This document shows positions 19,924-29,807 of a stretch of DNA of 64,000 nucleotides, in pieces. This DNA comes from Candidatus Ozemobacteraceae bacterium (GTDB taxonomy: Bacteria > Muiribacteriota > Ozemobacteria > Ozemobacterales > Ozemobacteraceae). Where the stretch lies: NCBI GenBank assembly GCA_965140445.1, contig OZ223236.1, positions 4,704,001 to 4,768,000 on the forward strand. The letters are read 5' to 3'. How positions within the stretch are numbered: the stretch's first letter is position 1; every line of letters begins with the position of its first letter. The notes beneath the pieces were generated by a model that saw only the letters and a program-made list of their open reading frames with translations, made no database searches and had not been told where the DNA came from. The translations under genes were made by a program, and so were the position numbers.

Positions 19924-20138
19924 AATCTTCAAAATAACTGTTTTTTTTTGTGAATTTCCCCCGACCCCCTATATCAATATGTTAGAATTCCTTTATCCTC
20001 GACGCTTCGCTCCGAAAACCAACCCAATGATTCTCAGAACGGGTGCCCCGGATGGATTAAAATACGCATTTACAGAATTCGGGAAAAAATTCCCACCAGA
20101 CATTGATTAAGTATTAGATAGAGTCCAAGGAGCAAGGA

Positions 20139-21164
20139 ATGAAAAAAGCCAGATTATTAACTATTTTACTATTTTTTGTTATCACAGCATCACTGGTTTC
20201 AGCTGTAGATAGAGATTGGGAAAAATACCCCGCCTACATAGAAATCACCGGAGCAAAACGCGTTTGTTCATTTGGTGATGTTCACGGCGCATTTGATCAA
20301 TTAGCAGGAACCCTCGAAGCATTAAAGGTAGCGACCAGAGATTCCAAAGATAGTTTTAAATTCACATGGACCGGACAGGATACAATTCTTGTATCAACTG
20401 GCGATATGAATGACCGCGGATTATATAGTAAGCAGGTTTATGACGCTGTTATGGATTTACAGATTCAAGCTGAAAAAGCCGGTGGAAAATTTATTGTTAC
20501 TCTCGGAAATCATGAAGTAATGTTGGTAAATGGCCGAGTGCAGCAGCTTGCAAACTCTGGCGGAGCTAGAAAAAAGAATTACCAGAATACGATCGACTCA
20601 TTCACCCGCGATGGCCTTAATTTTCGTGATGCCATTTCTGAAAAGGGTGTTTATGGAAAATGGATTAGAAATCGTCCATTATTTGCTATTGTAAATGGTT
20701 TTATGTATGTTCACGGCGGTCTGGCTTCCAAACCAATCACAAGGTCTGCCCTTGCCGCAGACTATAAAGATGATGTAACCAGAGGCGATTATAAAAAAGG
20801 CGTTATGATGAACTATCAAAGCGTTTTATGGCTGCGTGGCTGGTGGAAAAACAGCTCAACCGTAACAGCAAATCTAAAAGCTCTTGGAGTTCTGGGAGTG
20901 ATTTTTGGGCATACCACTGCAGCAATGGGTCCGAAAGGAAAAATTATTGCCAAAGACAAGCGCCTCATAGCAATGGATATTGGAATGACTCCTGTATACG
21001 GTTATAGCAACGGTGGTGGAGTAATAATGACCACCACTTCTGACAACAAACTCCTTTTCAGAGCTGCTTATCCCGATTCTCCAGAAGAAATTCTTTTCAG
21101 TATCCCAATCCCTGCTTCCGCATATTCCAGAACTAATGACTTGCAGGCTATTCAATCAAGATAG
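20139..21164 (+). CDS. secreted metallophosphoesterase (Shewanella-like PPP phosphatase)
   Basis: GDVHG, GDMNDRG, GNHE, HGG, FGHT, MDIGM; signal peptide. Confidence 0.88.
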   Translation: MKKARLLTILLFFVITASLVSAVDRDWEKYPAYIEITGAKRVCSFGDVHGAFDQLAGTLEALKVATRDSKDSFKFTWTGQDTILVSTGDMNDRGLYSKQVYDAVMDLQIQAEKAGGKFIVTLGNHEVMLVNGRVQQLANSGGARKKNYQNTIDSFTRDGLNFRDAISEKGVYGKWIRNRPLFAIVNGFMYVHGGLASKPITRSALAADYKDDVTRGDYKKGVMMNYQSVLWLRGWWKNSSTVTANLKALGVLGVIFGHTTAAMGPKGKIIAKDKRLIAMDIGMTPVYGYSNGGGVIMTTTSDNKLLFRAAYPDSPEEILFSIPIPASAYSRTNDLQAIQSR

Positions 21165-21182
21165 ACTTTTAACAGATTCTCC

Positions 21183-21216
21183 AAAGCGTTGAGCTAAGTT
21201 TAGCTCAACGCTTTTT
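21183..21216 (+). terminator. Rho-independent terminator
   Basis: AAAGCGTTGAGCTA-agtt-TAGCTCAACGCTTT followed by further Ts. Confidence 0.85.
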
Positions 21217-21304
21217 CATTTTAGACGTATTGCTTGAGCAACTGATTTTCTTTTGAGGGATTTGAGGATACAATGGAAACTCAGATTGTTAGTAGGAGCC
21301 AGAA

Positions 21305-21862
21305 ATGATAAAAAGCTTTGTATTTCCACCACAGCCTTTGAGTAAAAAGGTTATTCTGGCATATTTCGATTTACGTAAGTTTTCTCAGATTGAGAATTCC
21401 ATGGATGCCAAAGGTATTTACCAGATACTCAACAAAATGCATGAACTGATTTCCGAAAGAGTTGAAGAACTAGGTGGAACATGCGTAAGATTCATTGGCG
21501 ACAATTGTCTGGTTGTCTTTGATGCGGCCAATTTCGATACTATTTTTTCTGGGATAGGTAAAATAAAGAAAGAAGTGGATCAGCTATTTTCAGAATTGGG
21601 TAAAACCAGTGTAATCCATGTATTACTGCATTGCGCAGATGGCAATATCGGAATGCTCGGCGGAAAACGCAATAAACGACTTGATGTGAGCGGAAAAGTT
21701 CTGAATGAGTTGGGCTACTACATGATGAAAATTGATACCAGCGGAAATCCTACCCTGTTCAACTCTTATTGCCTCTCATCCGATTATTTTAAACAGCTGA
21801 ATGAAAAGCAGAATCTGGTTGAAGTTCAGGCCCAGGACTGTTTTTTCTACATGGTAAAGTAG
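21305..21862 (+). CDS. stand-alone class III adenylate/guanylate cyclase-like domain
   Basis: YFDLRKFS, GGTCVRFIGDNCLVVF, GMLGG..RLDVSGKVLN. Confidence 0.75.
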   Translation: MIKSFVFPPQPLSKKVILAYFDLRKFSQIENSMDAKGIYQILNKMHELISERVEELGGTCVRFIGDNCLVVFDAANFDTIFSGIGKIKKEVDQLFSELGKTSVIHVLLHCADGNIGMLGGKRNKRLDVSGKVLNELGYYMMKIDTSGNPTLFNSYCLSSDYFKQLNEKQNLVEVQAQDCFFYMVK

Positions 21863-22096
21863 CGGGATTCCCTTTAATAATAAAGGTATAAATTATCTAA
21901 GTCTGGCAGCAAAATTGTAGTTTCAATTGAAAAAAAGATTTCAAGATGAATTGAAACCCTCTATAATTAAAGAGTTGTCAATATTTCTAAAACACAGTAT
22001 GCGATTAGAAAACTCTGCATACATTTTACCAGTTGCAAAATTGTAAATAACTAAGCCTTAGACAAATTGTTATTATTAGGATCGGAATAAAAGAGA

Positions 22097-24025
22097 ATGC
22101 AAAATGACATTAGTTTTGAATCTGAGAATTTTTCAGGGAATTGGGTATTTTTCAAAGGGACTTTAATATTCACCATAATACTAAGCTTTTTCAGTTTAGC
22201 ATCAGGGTTGGGGTTAGCTTCTGGAGTATTGCCAGATAACTCGTTTAAAATTCCCGGAATAATATTAATTACCGGGGCTGTAGTTTTAACCTTCTTCCTG
22301 AATCGAATAAAACAAAATTCCTTTCCATTAGCTCCATGTCTGGCTTATATTCTGGGCGTTATTTTTGCTTTTCCAGTCATGATTATAAATGTCTTATTTC
22401 AACGACAAACAGCTACAGGAGCGCTATTTCAAAACTATCTTATTTTTTACAGCCTTTTTGTAATCTATTTGAATTTGAAAGCTAAGTTTTTCTTTCAAAA
22501 AAATTACAATCAGGGCTCAGGTTTTGAGAAAAAAATAGGTGGAAATCTGGCAATATGGATCTCCTGGTTAGCTTTTGCTGTTTTTATTTCCAGTTTTTTC
22601 ACTACCGATTTACTCGTTTTAAATACATCCAACGAAAAGGCCATAAACCTGGTATACAACCTCTTGTCTATCATTCGAATAGCATTGCCGGTTGTGTTTG
22701 TTCTTACGTTAATCGGCTTAATTAAAAAGTTGAAATCTTTAATACTTCTAGCCAATCTAATCAACATCTGTTCTACAGGATATGTTGTTTCTGAAATTTG
22801 GAAAACAACTCCAGGAAGCTCTTTACTAGACTTTGCCGGTCCATCATTGATAGTTAATTGGATTGTTGTAGGAGTGTTTTTTTTATGCCTCATTCCCGAT
22901 TGGAAAACTGAAGAAAAATCCCTGTCAGAACCCCATAATAATCAGGAACAGCCACCAAAGAATTTTTCTTTTACATGGTTTGAGCCAGGGCTGACTTTTG
23001 TTTTAATAATTACTGCCAGCTTAACCGTTAATCCTTTAATTTCTAAGCATGACAGGCTATTACAATCAATTGACAATCATGATTTTGCACAAGTTAGAAA
23101 ATTAATATCTTCCATCCCAAAACAGCAATATCAAGCCGTTTTTAATTCATTAATTAGAAATCCAGACCTTGAAAGTTTCAAAACATTAATGGATCAAAAG
23201 GATGCTCAAACCTTTAAAGTAGACGATGGCGGATACCTAAACCGTCTTTTTGGAGAAAGCGAGCTAAAAAGTTTAAAGTTTCTTATTGCCAGGGGCGTCG
23301 ACTTTTCTAATGTTGAGTTTGTTAGATCAGTAGCGTTCTCTCATGATCCCAGAGATTTAAGAGAGAAGTTTCCTCTACTGGAAATTCTTTTACAGGAAAG
23401 AAACAAACAGAATAAACAGATAAGTGAATTTTATGATCCTCAAACAAAGCCAGAATACTATTTCAAAAAGTTCTTAAATCCATTAGCAATTGCAATTAGT
23501 AAGGGAAATTTTGAAATTGCGAAATTTCTATGGAAAAAAGGGTTTAGAATAGATGACGAAGTTGTTGCCGCCTCAGCATATTTTGGCAAGGTAGAAATGA
23601 ATCCCCTGGCACCTCAACTTAAGCTCAGCAATGAGCATCAGATTCAACCCCCAATAAGCTTTATTCTTCTTGAAAGCAATTTGAATGATTTTGAATTGAG
23701 ATTCTTTTTAGATCTTGGAATAGACCTTAAAAGGGAAAACGATAAGGGCCAAAATTTGTTTCACGCTTTTGCCTTAAAAAGAGGTTTAGCTGGAAAAGAA
23801 GAGCTGCTTGAGCAAGCAAAAATAGATGGCGTGAATATTGATAAAAAAGATGAAAATGGAAACACGCCTCTCTGGGTAGCAGCTACAAATAATAATATTA
23901 AAACATCATCTGCTTTAATCAAACTAGGGGCAGATAAAACCATTAAAAATAAAAATGGCGAAAGCCTGATAGATTACTGCACCAAAAAAAAATTTGATAC
24001 ACTTTTAGCCTACCTGGAAGAGTGA
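22097..24025 (+). CDS. polytopic membrane protein with C-terminal ankyrin repeats
   Basis: Many TM segments, then NPLAIAI, GQNLFH, DENGNTPLWVAA..LIKLGAD. Confidence 0.8.
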   Translation: MQNDISFESENFSGNWVFFKGTLIFTIILSFFSLASGLGLASGVLPDNSFKIPGIILITGAVVLTFFLNRIKQNSFPLAPCLAYILGVIFAFPVMIINVLFQRQTATGALFQNYLIFYSLFVIYLNLKAKFFFQKNYNQGSGFEKKIGGNLAIWISWLAFAVFISSFFTTDLLVLNTSNEKAINLVYNLLSIIRIALPVVFVLTLIGLIKKLKSLILLANLINICSTGYVVSEIWKTTPGSSLLDFAGPSLIVNWIVVGVFFLCLIPDWKTEEKSLSEPHNNQEQPPKNFSFTWFEPGLTFVLIITASLTVNPLISKHDRLLQSIDNHDFAQVRKLISSIPKQQYQAVFNSLIRNPDLESFKTLMDQKDAQTFKVDDGGYLNRLFGESELKSLKFLIARGVDFSNVEFVRSVAFSHDPRDLREKFPLLEILLQERNKQNKQISEFYDPQTKPEYYFKKFLNPLAIAISKGNFEIAKFLWKKGFRIDDEVVAASAYFGKVEMNPLAPQLKLSNEHQIQPPISFILLESNLNDFELRFFLDLGIDLKRENDKGQNLFHAFALKRGLAGKEELLEQAKIDGVNIDKKDENGNTPLWVAATNNNIKTSSALIKLGADKTIKNKNGESLIDYCTKKKFDTLLAYLEE

Positions 24026-24032
24026 GGGAAAA

Positions 24033-25004
24033 ATGAAGTTAACTTTTTGCTGGAAACTATTACTTGGACTAATGATATTTAGTCTACAAACTACATTTGT
24101 TATGGCCTATCCTTCTGTTAACCCTTCAGCGCTTTGCCGCAGCAATCAGTACACTTTAGGTGGCGCAATAGAAATGTATAACATGGATAGTAAATCGCCC
24201 ATAGATAGCCAATATGGAAAAATTAACTCCATAAAGATTGATGGAAAGATCTTAAAAAAGCTGCTCGAAGCAAACTATCTTAGAGATGTTTCAAGCATAG
24301 AAAAAAGCATAAAGGATTTTAATTGTGAATACTATTATATCCCCATAGAGGATAAAGACACCTCCATAATCATCTGCAAAAAACATGGAATCGCATCTAT
24401 TGGGAAAGAGGATTTTAAAGAACTATCTCCAAAAGAACAATTTGCCAAAGTATGTACAAAGTTCGGGCTTGATCCACAAAAATACAAATTAGATCTAAAG
24501 AATGAAGCCTTCTCTGGTATAAAAGGGCCAAAAGTCATCAAATTGTTAACCAATTTCTGGATGGTATTTCTTATTTTCCCGGTAGCGTATTTCTTCTACA
24601 TAAAAAACAACTTTGCAGAAATAAGCACTATGGCTAAAGCATATATATTTGGCAACTCAATCGTAGCAATGATTTTTATTCTTAGCATTCTTCACAATTT
24701 TTACAGAAATCCGTATTTTTTTGCTTTCTTACGTGATGAATCAACCTGGAGTTTTCCTAGCGGAGTTCTTCAGATAGCGACTATGATTGAAGTTTCATGC
24801 ATTGGCTGGTGGATAGCATCTCTTTTCGGATTATATTTGTTTAAAAGAAATAACCTCAGCTTACTTATTCCAATTTTAAATTTATTGATAATTCCAGTAT
24901 TAGTAATAGGTTCTGGCCCATTAGTTAGCCTTCTTAAGCTACTTCCTTTTTGGGGATTGTTTATGTTTTACACGATGACCAAACTGAAAGCAGAAAAGAA
25001 GTAA
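24033..25004 (+). CDS. pilin-like domain fused to a membrane domain
   Basis: CRSNQYTLGGAIEMYNMD...NYL...IIICKKHG followed by about 5 TM segments. Confidence 0.6.
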   Translation: MKLTFCWKLLLGLMIFSLQTTFVMAYPSVNPSALCRSNQYTLGGAIEMYNMDSKSPIDSQYGKINSIKIDGKILKKLLEANYLRDVSSIEKSIKDFNCEYYYIPIEDKDTSIIICKKHGIASIGKEDFKELSPKEQFAKVCTKFGLDPQKYKLDLKNEAFSGIKGPKVIKLLTNFWMVFLIFPVAYFFYIKNNFAEISTMAKAYIFGNSIVAMIFILSILHNFYRNPYFFAFLRDESTWSFPSGVLQIATMIEVSCIGWWIASLFGLYLFKRNNLSLLIPILNLLIIPVLVIGSGPLVSLLKLLPFWGLFMFYTMTKLKAEKK

Positions 25005-25065
25005 AAATTGTTTTCTCTTTTAGTAGACCTGCTTTATAAAAAATATTGAGAGTAATAAAAAATAA

Positions 25066-25290
25066 ATTTTTGGAGAAACCCATGAAAACTATCAGCAAAA
25101 TTCCCAAGGAACCTCTCTTGATCCGGCAGCCTGGAATAACAACATAAAGCGCAACCAGTCAAATAACGGTAATGGCTACAATACTCAACCACAAGCTCCA
25201 GCTATGGACGACCCGGAGTCATGGAATAATAATATTGAAAAAATAGAGGCAACAATTCCTCATCTGCGTGGGAATAGTTTTCTCGAATGA
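25066..25290 (+). pseudogene. start-less coding remnant with an internal DPxxWNNNI repeat
   Basis: Open frame reading ...LDPAAWNNNIK...MDDPESWNNNIE...; TAA immediately upstream and no start codon at its 5' end. Confidence 0.4.
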
Positions 25291-25393
25291 AAAACTTTAT
25301 ATATCAGCTAAAAATGCAGCTTGTTGTTTTCCCATATTTAAACTAGGGTTAAACCTTGTAGAGTTAAAAAATCTTTTGCTAGAGGAATACAAC

Positions 25394-25786
25394 ATGGTAG
25401 TTTTTGATGAAGTTCGCATTATTGGAATCGACGAAAAGGCTTCGCAGAATAGCACAGCCAATGACGATTGCTTTGATATAAAACTAATCCTTGCCCCTTT
25501 TGCCAGCACAGATTGGGCCTGCTATTTTAACGAACGTTGGAAACAGCATCTGTACATAAAAAAAGCTGACGCCAGAGTCTCCGGAACCAGACTGTCAATC
25601 CGCTGCAGCCCAGAAGAATTAGAAATTAATCATCTGGTTGAATTAAAAAAAATAATTGCCGACGCAAACAGCCATTATCGCCATTATTTAGAGGGCAAAG
25701 AAGAAGTAGAACAACACAAAGTTGCCCGCGAACTAAGTAATCTGGAAAAAATTGCAGATCTCCAGAAACGGCTAAAATTCGATTAG
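25394..25786 (+). CDS. hypothetical protein
   Basis: GAGG RBS then ATG 25394; protein-like composition. Confidence 0.6.
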   Translation: MVVFDEVRIIGIDEKASQNSTANDDCFDIKLILAPFASTDWACYFNERWKQHLYIKKADARVSGTRLSIRCSPEELEINHLVELKKIIADANSHYRHYLEGKEEVEQHKVARELSNLEKIADLQKRLKFD

Positions 25787-25898
25787 CTGAACACCAAAAC
25801 CAATTAAACAAAGACCAGCCAATTCTCTTTATAAATTTGTATAAAGGGCTGTTTTGCTTTGCTAGGAAATTTCAAAATCGAAGTCTTGTTTTTTCACC

Positions 25899-26582
25899 TT
25901 ACAATTCAAAAAACAGGTCCAGATACGTTATAAGGTCACTAATAGCTTTTGCTACCTTAAATATTATTGTGTAATCTTTAATAATAAAAATTATCGCTAG
26001 AATAAAAAAATTACCAGAAACAGTTTTCCAATACGCAGTTCTAAAACTTTCTTTTTTTGATTTGTGACGGAGAAAACTCTGGGCAATCGCCGCCCCCGGC
26101 CAACCACCAATAAGTGAAAAAGAGTGCAGAGTAGATTCAGAAGTTCTTCGCCCTCCTGACTGAGCCAACCTTTTGTCCTGGGCATATAAGGCATAAGTTA
26201 AAGCGCTCATCAACAGATACACAAACAAAACTACAGCTGGAAGTTTATTCGCCAATGTAAACACAGTTACAATCCCAAGAAATAAACTGCTGATAAAAGT
26301 AGAAAATACCCTCTGCACATCAGCAATGCTTATTTCTTCATAGCTTAGCTCAGGTAATACATCAACAGCGCAAATGCGCCCTTTAGAATCCCTGGAAAGA
26401 TCGTAAAAAACAACCAATCCTTCTTCGGGCCGCTTATGCCTCCGACTAAAATCATTGACATGAAAAAACACGCGCCGCCCAGCTTTTTCAGGACTTATAA
26501 ACCCATACCCCTTCTCATCATCCCACGAAGTAATCTTCCCACTCAATGAACCCATATCTTCTATAACGCCAAAGCGCCCCAT
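25899..26582 (-). CDS. cold-shock domain + DUF1294 membrane protein
   Basis: GKITSWDDEKGYGFI..VFFHVNDF; YAQDKRLA..RTSESTLH..GGWPGA..RHKSKK. Confidence 0.9.
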   Translation of the reverse strand: MGRFGVIEDMGSLSGKITSWDDEKGYGFISPEKAGRRVFFHVNDFSRRHKRPEEGLVVFYDLSRDSKGRICAVDVLPELSYEEISIADVQRVFSTFISSLFLGIVTVFTLANKLPAVVLFVYLLMSALTYALYAQDKRLAQSGGRRTSESTLHSFSLIGGWPGAAIAQSFLRHKSKKESFRTAYWKTVSGNFFILAIIFIIKDYTIIFKVAKAISDLITYLDLFFEL

Positions 26583-26667
26583 CCTTTCAAAACAATCCCT
26601 CAGATTCTATCTTATTTTTAATTACGGGGACACCATACTTAATTGTTGCGAATTCATCATTGTAAAC

Positions 26668-27504
26668 CTACTTCTTAGCCTTCAAATAAAGGGTTGTTGT
26701 ATCAGAATTGGCCTGTTTTCTTTCCTGAATTTCAAAAATGTCATTGCGGGCTTTTATCAGGTCGCTTAGTTTTTTGTAGCCGTAGAGCCTTGAATCAAAT
26801 TCAGGGCGCAATTTGATTAGATAGCTGCCAAAGGTTCCAATCTGAGCCCATCCGTTGTCGTCTTCTGATTGCTCCAGTGCCTTTAAAATAAATTTTACGG
26901 GCAATCTGGCGATGCCTTTGTTCTCGTTCTTTTTGTTATCATGCTCATCTTTCATTGCACCAGATTGATTTTTTTTCTTTTCCTCAATGTTTTCACTATT
27001 TTGGACAAGAATTTCTGGCTCAATATTTTCGATATTGGGAACAAGAATTTCTGTTTCAATGAATTTATGGCATGCATTTTTAAATGACTCGGGCGTATTT
27101 TTGCGCCCAAGGCCATACACCAATAAACCCTCTTCTCTAATCCTTGTGGCAATTCCGGTGAAATCACTATCGCTGGAAATAAGACAGAACCCGTCAAAAC
27201 GTCTTGTGTACAATAGATCCATTGCATCGATTATTAGAGTGCTGTCAGTAGCATTTTTCCCTGTGGTGTATGCAAATTGCTGCATAGGCTTTATTGCAAA
27301 CTTGTTAAGTATAGCTCTCCACTGTGAACTTTGAGGTGAAGTAAAATCGCCGTAAATCCTTTTTACCGTTGCTTCACCATATTTCGCAATTTCCTGAAGT
27401 AAATATTCAAAAATAGATGGTTGAGCATTGTCCGCATCAATTAATACAGCCAGCTTAGCAGTAGATTCTTCTGACTCAAATTTTGCAACAAACTTTGGTC
27501 TCAT
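26668..27504 (-). CDS. NYN domain protein with C-terminal OST-HTH/LOTUS domain
   Basis: LAVLIDADN, KRIYGD, GKNATD..LIIDAMD, SSDSDF, FDSRLYGYKKLSDLI. Confidence 0.92.
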   Translation of the reverse strand: MRPKFVAKFESEESTAKLAVLIDADNAQPSIFEYLLQEIAKYGEATVKRIYGDFTSPQSSQWRAILNKFAIKPMQQFAYTTGKNATDSTLIIDAMDLLYTRRFDGFCLISSDSDFTGIATRIREEGLLVYGLGRKNTPESFKNACHKFIETEILVPNIENIEPEILVQNSENIEEKKKNQSGAMKDEHDNKKNENKGIARLPVKFILKALEQSEDDNGWAQIGTFGSYLIKLRPEFDSRLYGYKKLSDLIKARNDIFEIQERKQANSDTTTLYLKAKK

Positions 27505-27784
27505 AATAGATCCTCTCTTCTTTTTATTTTGCTAGATACTAACAATATTGAGTGCAAAACAGCAACATGAAAAGTTTTTACAGAATATGCGCTAACTGTG
27601 TTTCACGCTTTGAATTAAAGAGGAACCAGAGTAAATGGCCATAAATAAAGCCTAGTTGGGCAGGAATTAAGTAACCAGCTGCGGCCTATCTGTTGTGAAT
27701 TAAGTGATTGCAGTTCAGGCGTTAAAAAAAGTAGTATCAAAGAAATGCTATAGGGCATAATTTTTTCACTGGAGATTTTTGGCC

Positions 27785-29731
27785 ATGAAAAGCAGGTTAA
27801 ACAACCTTTTACTCGCAGTTATATTTTTGCAGATTGTTTTCTTGGTTGGCTGCGGAAGCGACAAAGATAGCACCATTACAGCAAAAAAAGACGAGCAGAA
27901 AACAAAGGTTGAAAAATCTGCAGCAAAACCTCTTGAAAAAATAAAGGTTAAAGAGACTGAACCGAAAGAAAAAAAACCGTTAAAGCCTTTGCCTAAAACG
28001 ATAAAAATTAAACTGGGCAACGGAATCAAACTCGAACTTGTTAAAATCAAAGCCGGGAAGTTTGTCATGGGTCAGATCGGGGGCGAGGAGAATGAACAGC
28101 CCGTCAGGGAAGTCACCTTGACCAAAGATTTTCTTATTGGCAAATTTGAAGTTACTCAGGAACAGTATAAAGTAATGATGGGAAACAACCCTTCAAATTA
28201 CACACCTGCCAATAGTTATAAAGATACAAGCAAGCTACCAGTTGAGAATGTTACCAGAGTTGAAGCGGAAATGTTCTGCAATGAGTTAAGTAAAAAAATG
28301 GGTTTAACTCCATGCTACAGGATTGAACCCGGGGAAAAACTAAGTGAAACTCTAGTTTTCTGGGAAGATGATGGTAACGGCTTTCGTTTACCAACAGAGG
28401 CTGAGTGGGAGTACTGTTGCAGAGCTGGCACCCCCACAAAGTATTTCTGGGGAGATGAAGTCAGTGAACAGAATTACACCGAATATGTCTGGTGTAGAGA
28501 AAATGCCGATAGCACTGGATGGAAAAATCCACACGCCGAAAAAAGCGGAACCCAGCCCGTCGGCACAAAATCAGCCAACCCATGGGGATTGCATGATATG
28601 TATGGAAACGTAGCAGAATGGTGCTGGGATAAGTTTTCTGATGACTATAGCAATTTGGATGGCGATCCTTTGATTGATCCAAGGGGAGGGAGCTCAGCTT
28701 TTGAAGCTGTTTTACGAGGCGGAGCCTATTTTTCGGATGCTAAGGACTGTTATTCGGCCAAAAGGCTTTCTTTGTCTTCTTGTGAAAAAGATTGCGACCA
28801 TAACGGTTTCAGAGTAGTAAAAGAAAACTGGCGAAGTTCTATTCTGCCGCGAAAAAAAAGCCCAAAAAAGCACCAAACAAAGCAAACGAGTAGCAATGTA
28901 TCTCCTTCAGCAACAAAAAAACTCGCTCTGGAACTTGGTAATGGCATTGAGATGCAGTTTGTGAAAATAGAACCAGGCAAATTCATAATGGGCTATGAAA
29001 ACGGCTCCCCCGATACTAATAAGGTCAGAGAGGTTACTATATCAAGCAGCTTTCTATGCGGAAAATATGAGATTTCTCAATCACAGTTTGAAGAAATAAT
29101 GGGATACAATCCCTCATTTTATAAATCCGCTGAAGCGAAAAACTTCCCTGTTGAATCCGTATCCTGGTATGAAGCCGTATCATTTTGCAATAAACTGAGC
29201 CTGAAAGCTGGACTGGTTCCATGCTACACAAATCAAAATAATGACTATGAAATCTCTCAAAATGACTATGTTGAATGCGATTGGAACGCATCAGGTTATA
29301 GGTTGCCCACAGAAGCTGAGTGGGAATATTGTTGCCGCGCTGGAACGACTTCGAAGCATTTTTGGGGCGACTCGGATGAAAATGCTGAGATTGACAAATA
29401 TGCCTGTAGCAGAAGTAATTCAGGATACAAATTATTCAAAAAGGGATCAGGAAAACCAAATCAGGTGGGAACTTTAGCACCCAACCCATGGGGATTGCAT
29501 GACATTTGCGGTAATGTTTGGGAATGGTGTTGGGACTGGTATGGTCATAACTATTATTCAGTAGGCCCTGACAAGGACCCAAGAGGACCCAAAGGTGGCA
29601 ACAACCGCATTGTAAGGGGTGGCGGATTTGAATCTGGTTATCATGGGTTCAGATCCTATTATCGATACAAACAATCGTTTGAAAACTATAAAGACAGTTG
29701 CACTGGCTTCAGGGTTGTAACCAAAAGCTAG
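27785..29731 (+). CDS. lipoprotein with two FGE-sulfatase (SUMF1) domains
   Basis: Lipobox LVGC; two copies of RLPTEAEWEYCCRAGT, NPWGLHD..GNV.EWCWD and GFRVV. Confidence 0.92.
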   Translation: MKSRLNNLLLAVIFLQIVFLVGCGSDKDSTITAKKDEQKTKVEKSAAKPLEKIKVKETEPKEKKPLKPLPKTIKIKLGNGIKLELVKIKAGKFVMGQIGGEENEQPVREVTLTKDFLIGKFEVTQEQYKVMMGNNPSNYTPANSYKDTSKLPVENVTRVEAEMFCNELSKKMGLTPCYRIEPGEKLSETLVFWEDDGNGFRLPTEAEWEYCCRAGTPTKYFWGDEVSEQNYTEYVWCRENADSTGWKNPHAEKSGTQPVGTKSANPWGLHDMYGNVAEWCWDKFSDDYSNLDGDPLIDPRGGSSAFEAVLRGGAYFSDAKDCYSAKRLSLSSCEKDCDHNGFRVVKENWRSSILPRKKSPKKHQTKQTSSNVSPSATKKLALELGNGIEMQFVKIEPGKFIMGYENGSPDTNKVREVTISSSFLCGKYEISQSQFEEIMGYNPSFYKSAEAKNFPVESVSWYEAVSFCNKLSLKAGLVPCYTNQNNDYEISQNDYVECDWNASGYRLPTEAEWEYCCRAGTTSKHFWGDSDENAEIDKYACSRSNSGYKLFKKGSGKPNQVGTLAPNPWGLHDICGNVWEWCWDWYGHNYYSVGPDKDPRGPKGGNNRIVRGGGFESGYHGFRSYYRYKQSFENYKDSCTGFRVVTKS

Positions 29732-29807
29732 CCTTTATAGTTCCTTTTATGGTTAGTTGAACTGTTTGCAACCTCTATCTACGTTAAACCCTGAAATGGA
29801 GATGCCT

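Noticed and set aside
19930..20138. Possible riboswitch or leader RNA upstream of the phosphatase
   Set aside because: Somewhat GC-rich, but I could not match a known aptamer consensus or find a convincing stem set; an Infernal/Rfam scan would be needed.
26636..27673. TACTTAATT / AATTAAGTA inverted repeat flanking the NYN gene
   Set aside because: Only 9 bp and AT-rich, so it is expected by chance; there is no target duplication or transposase.
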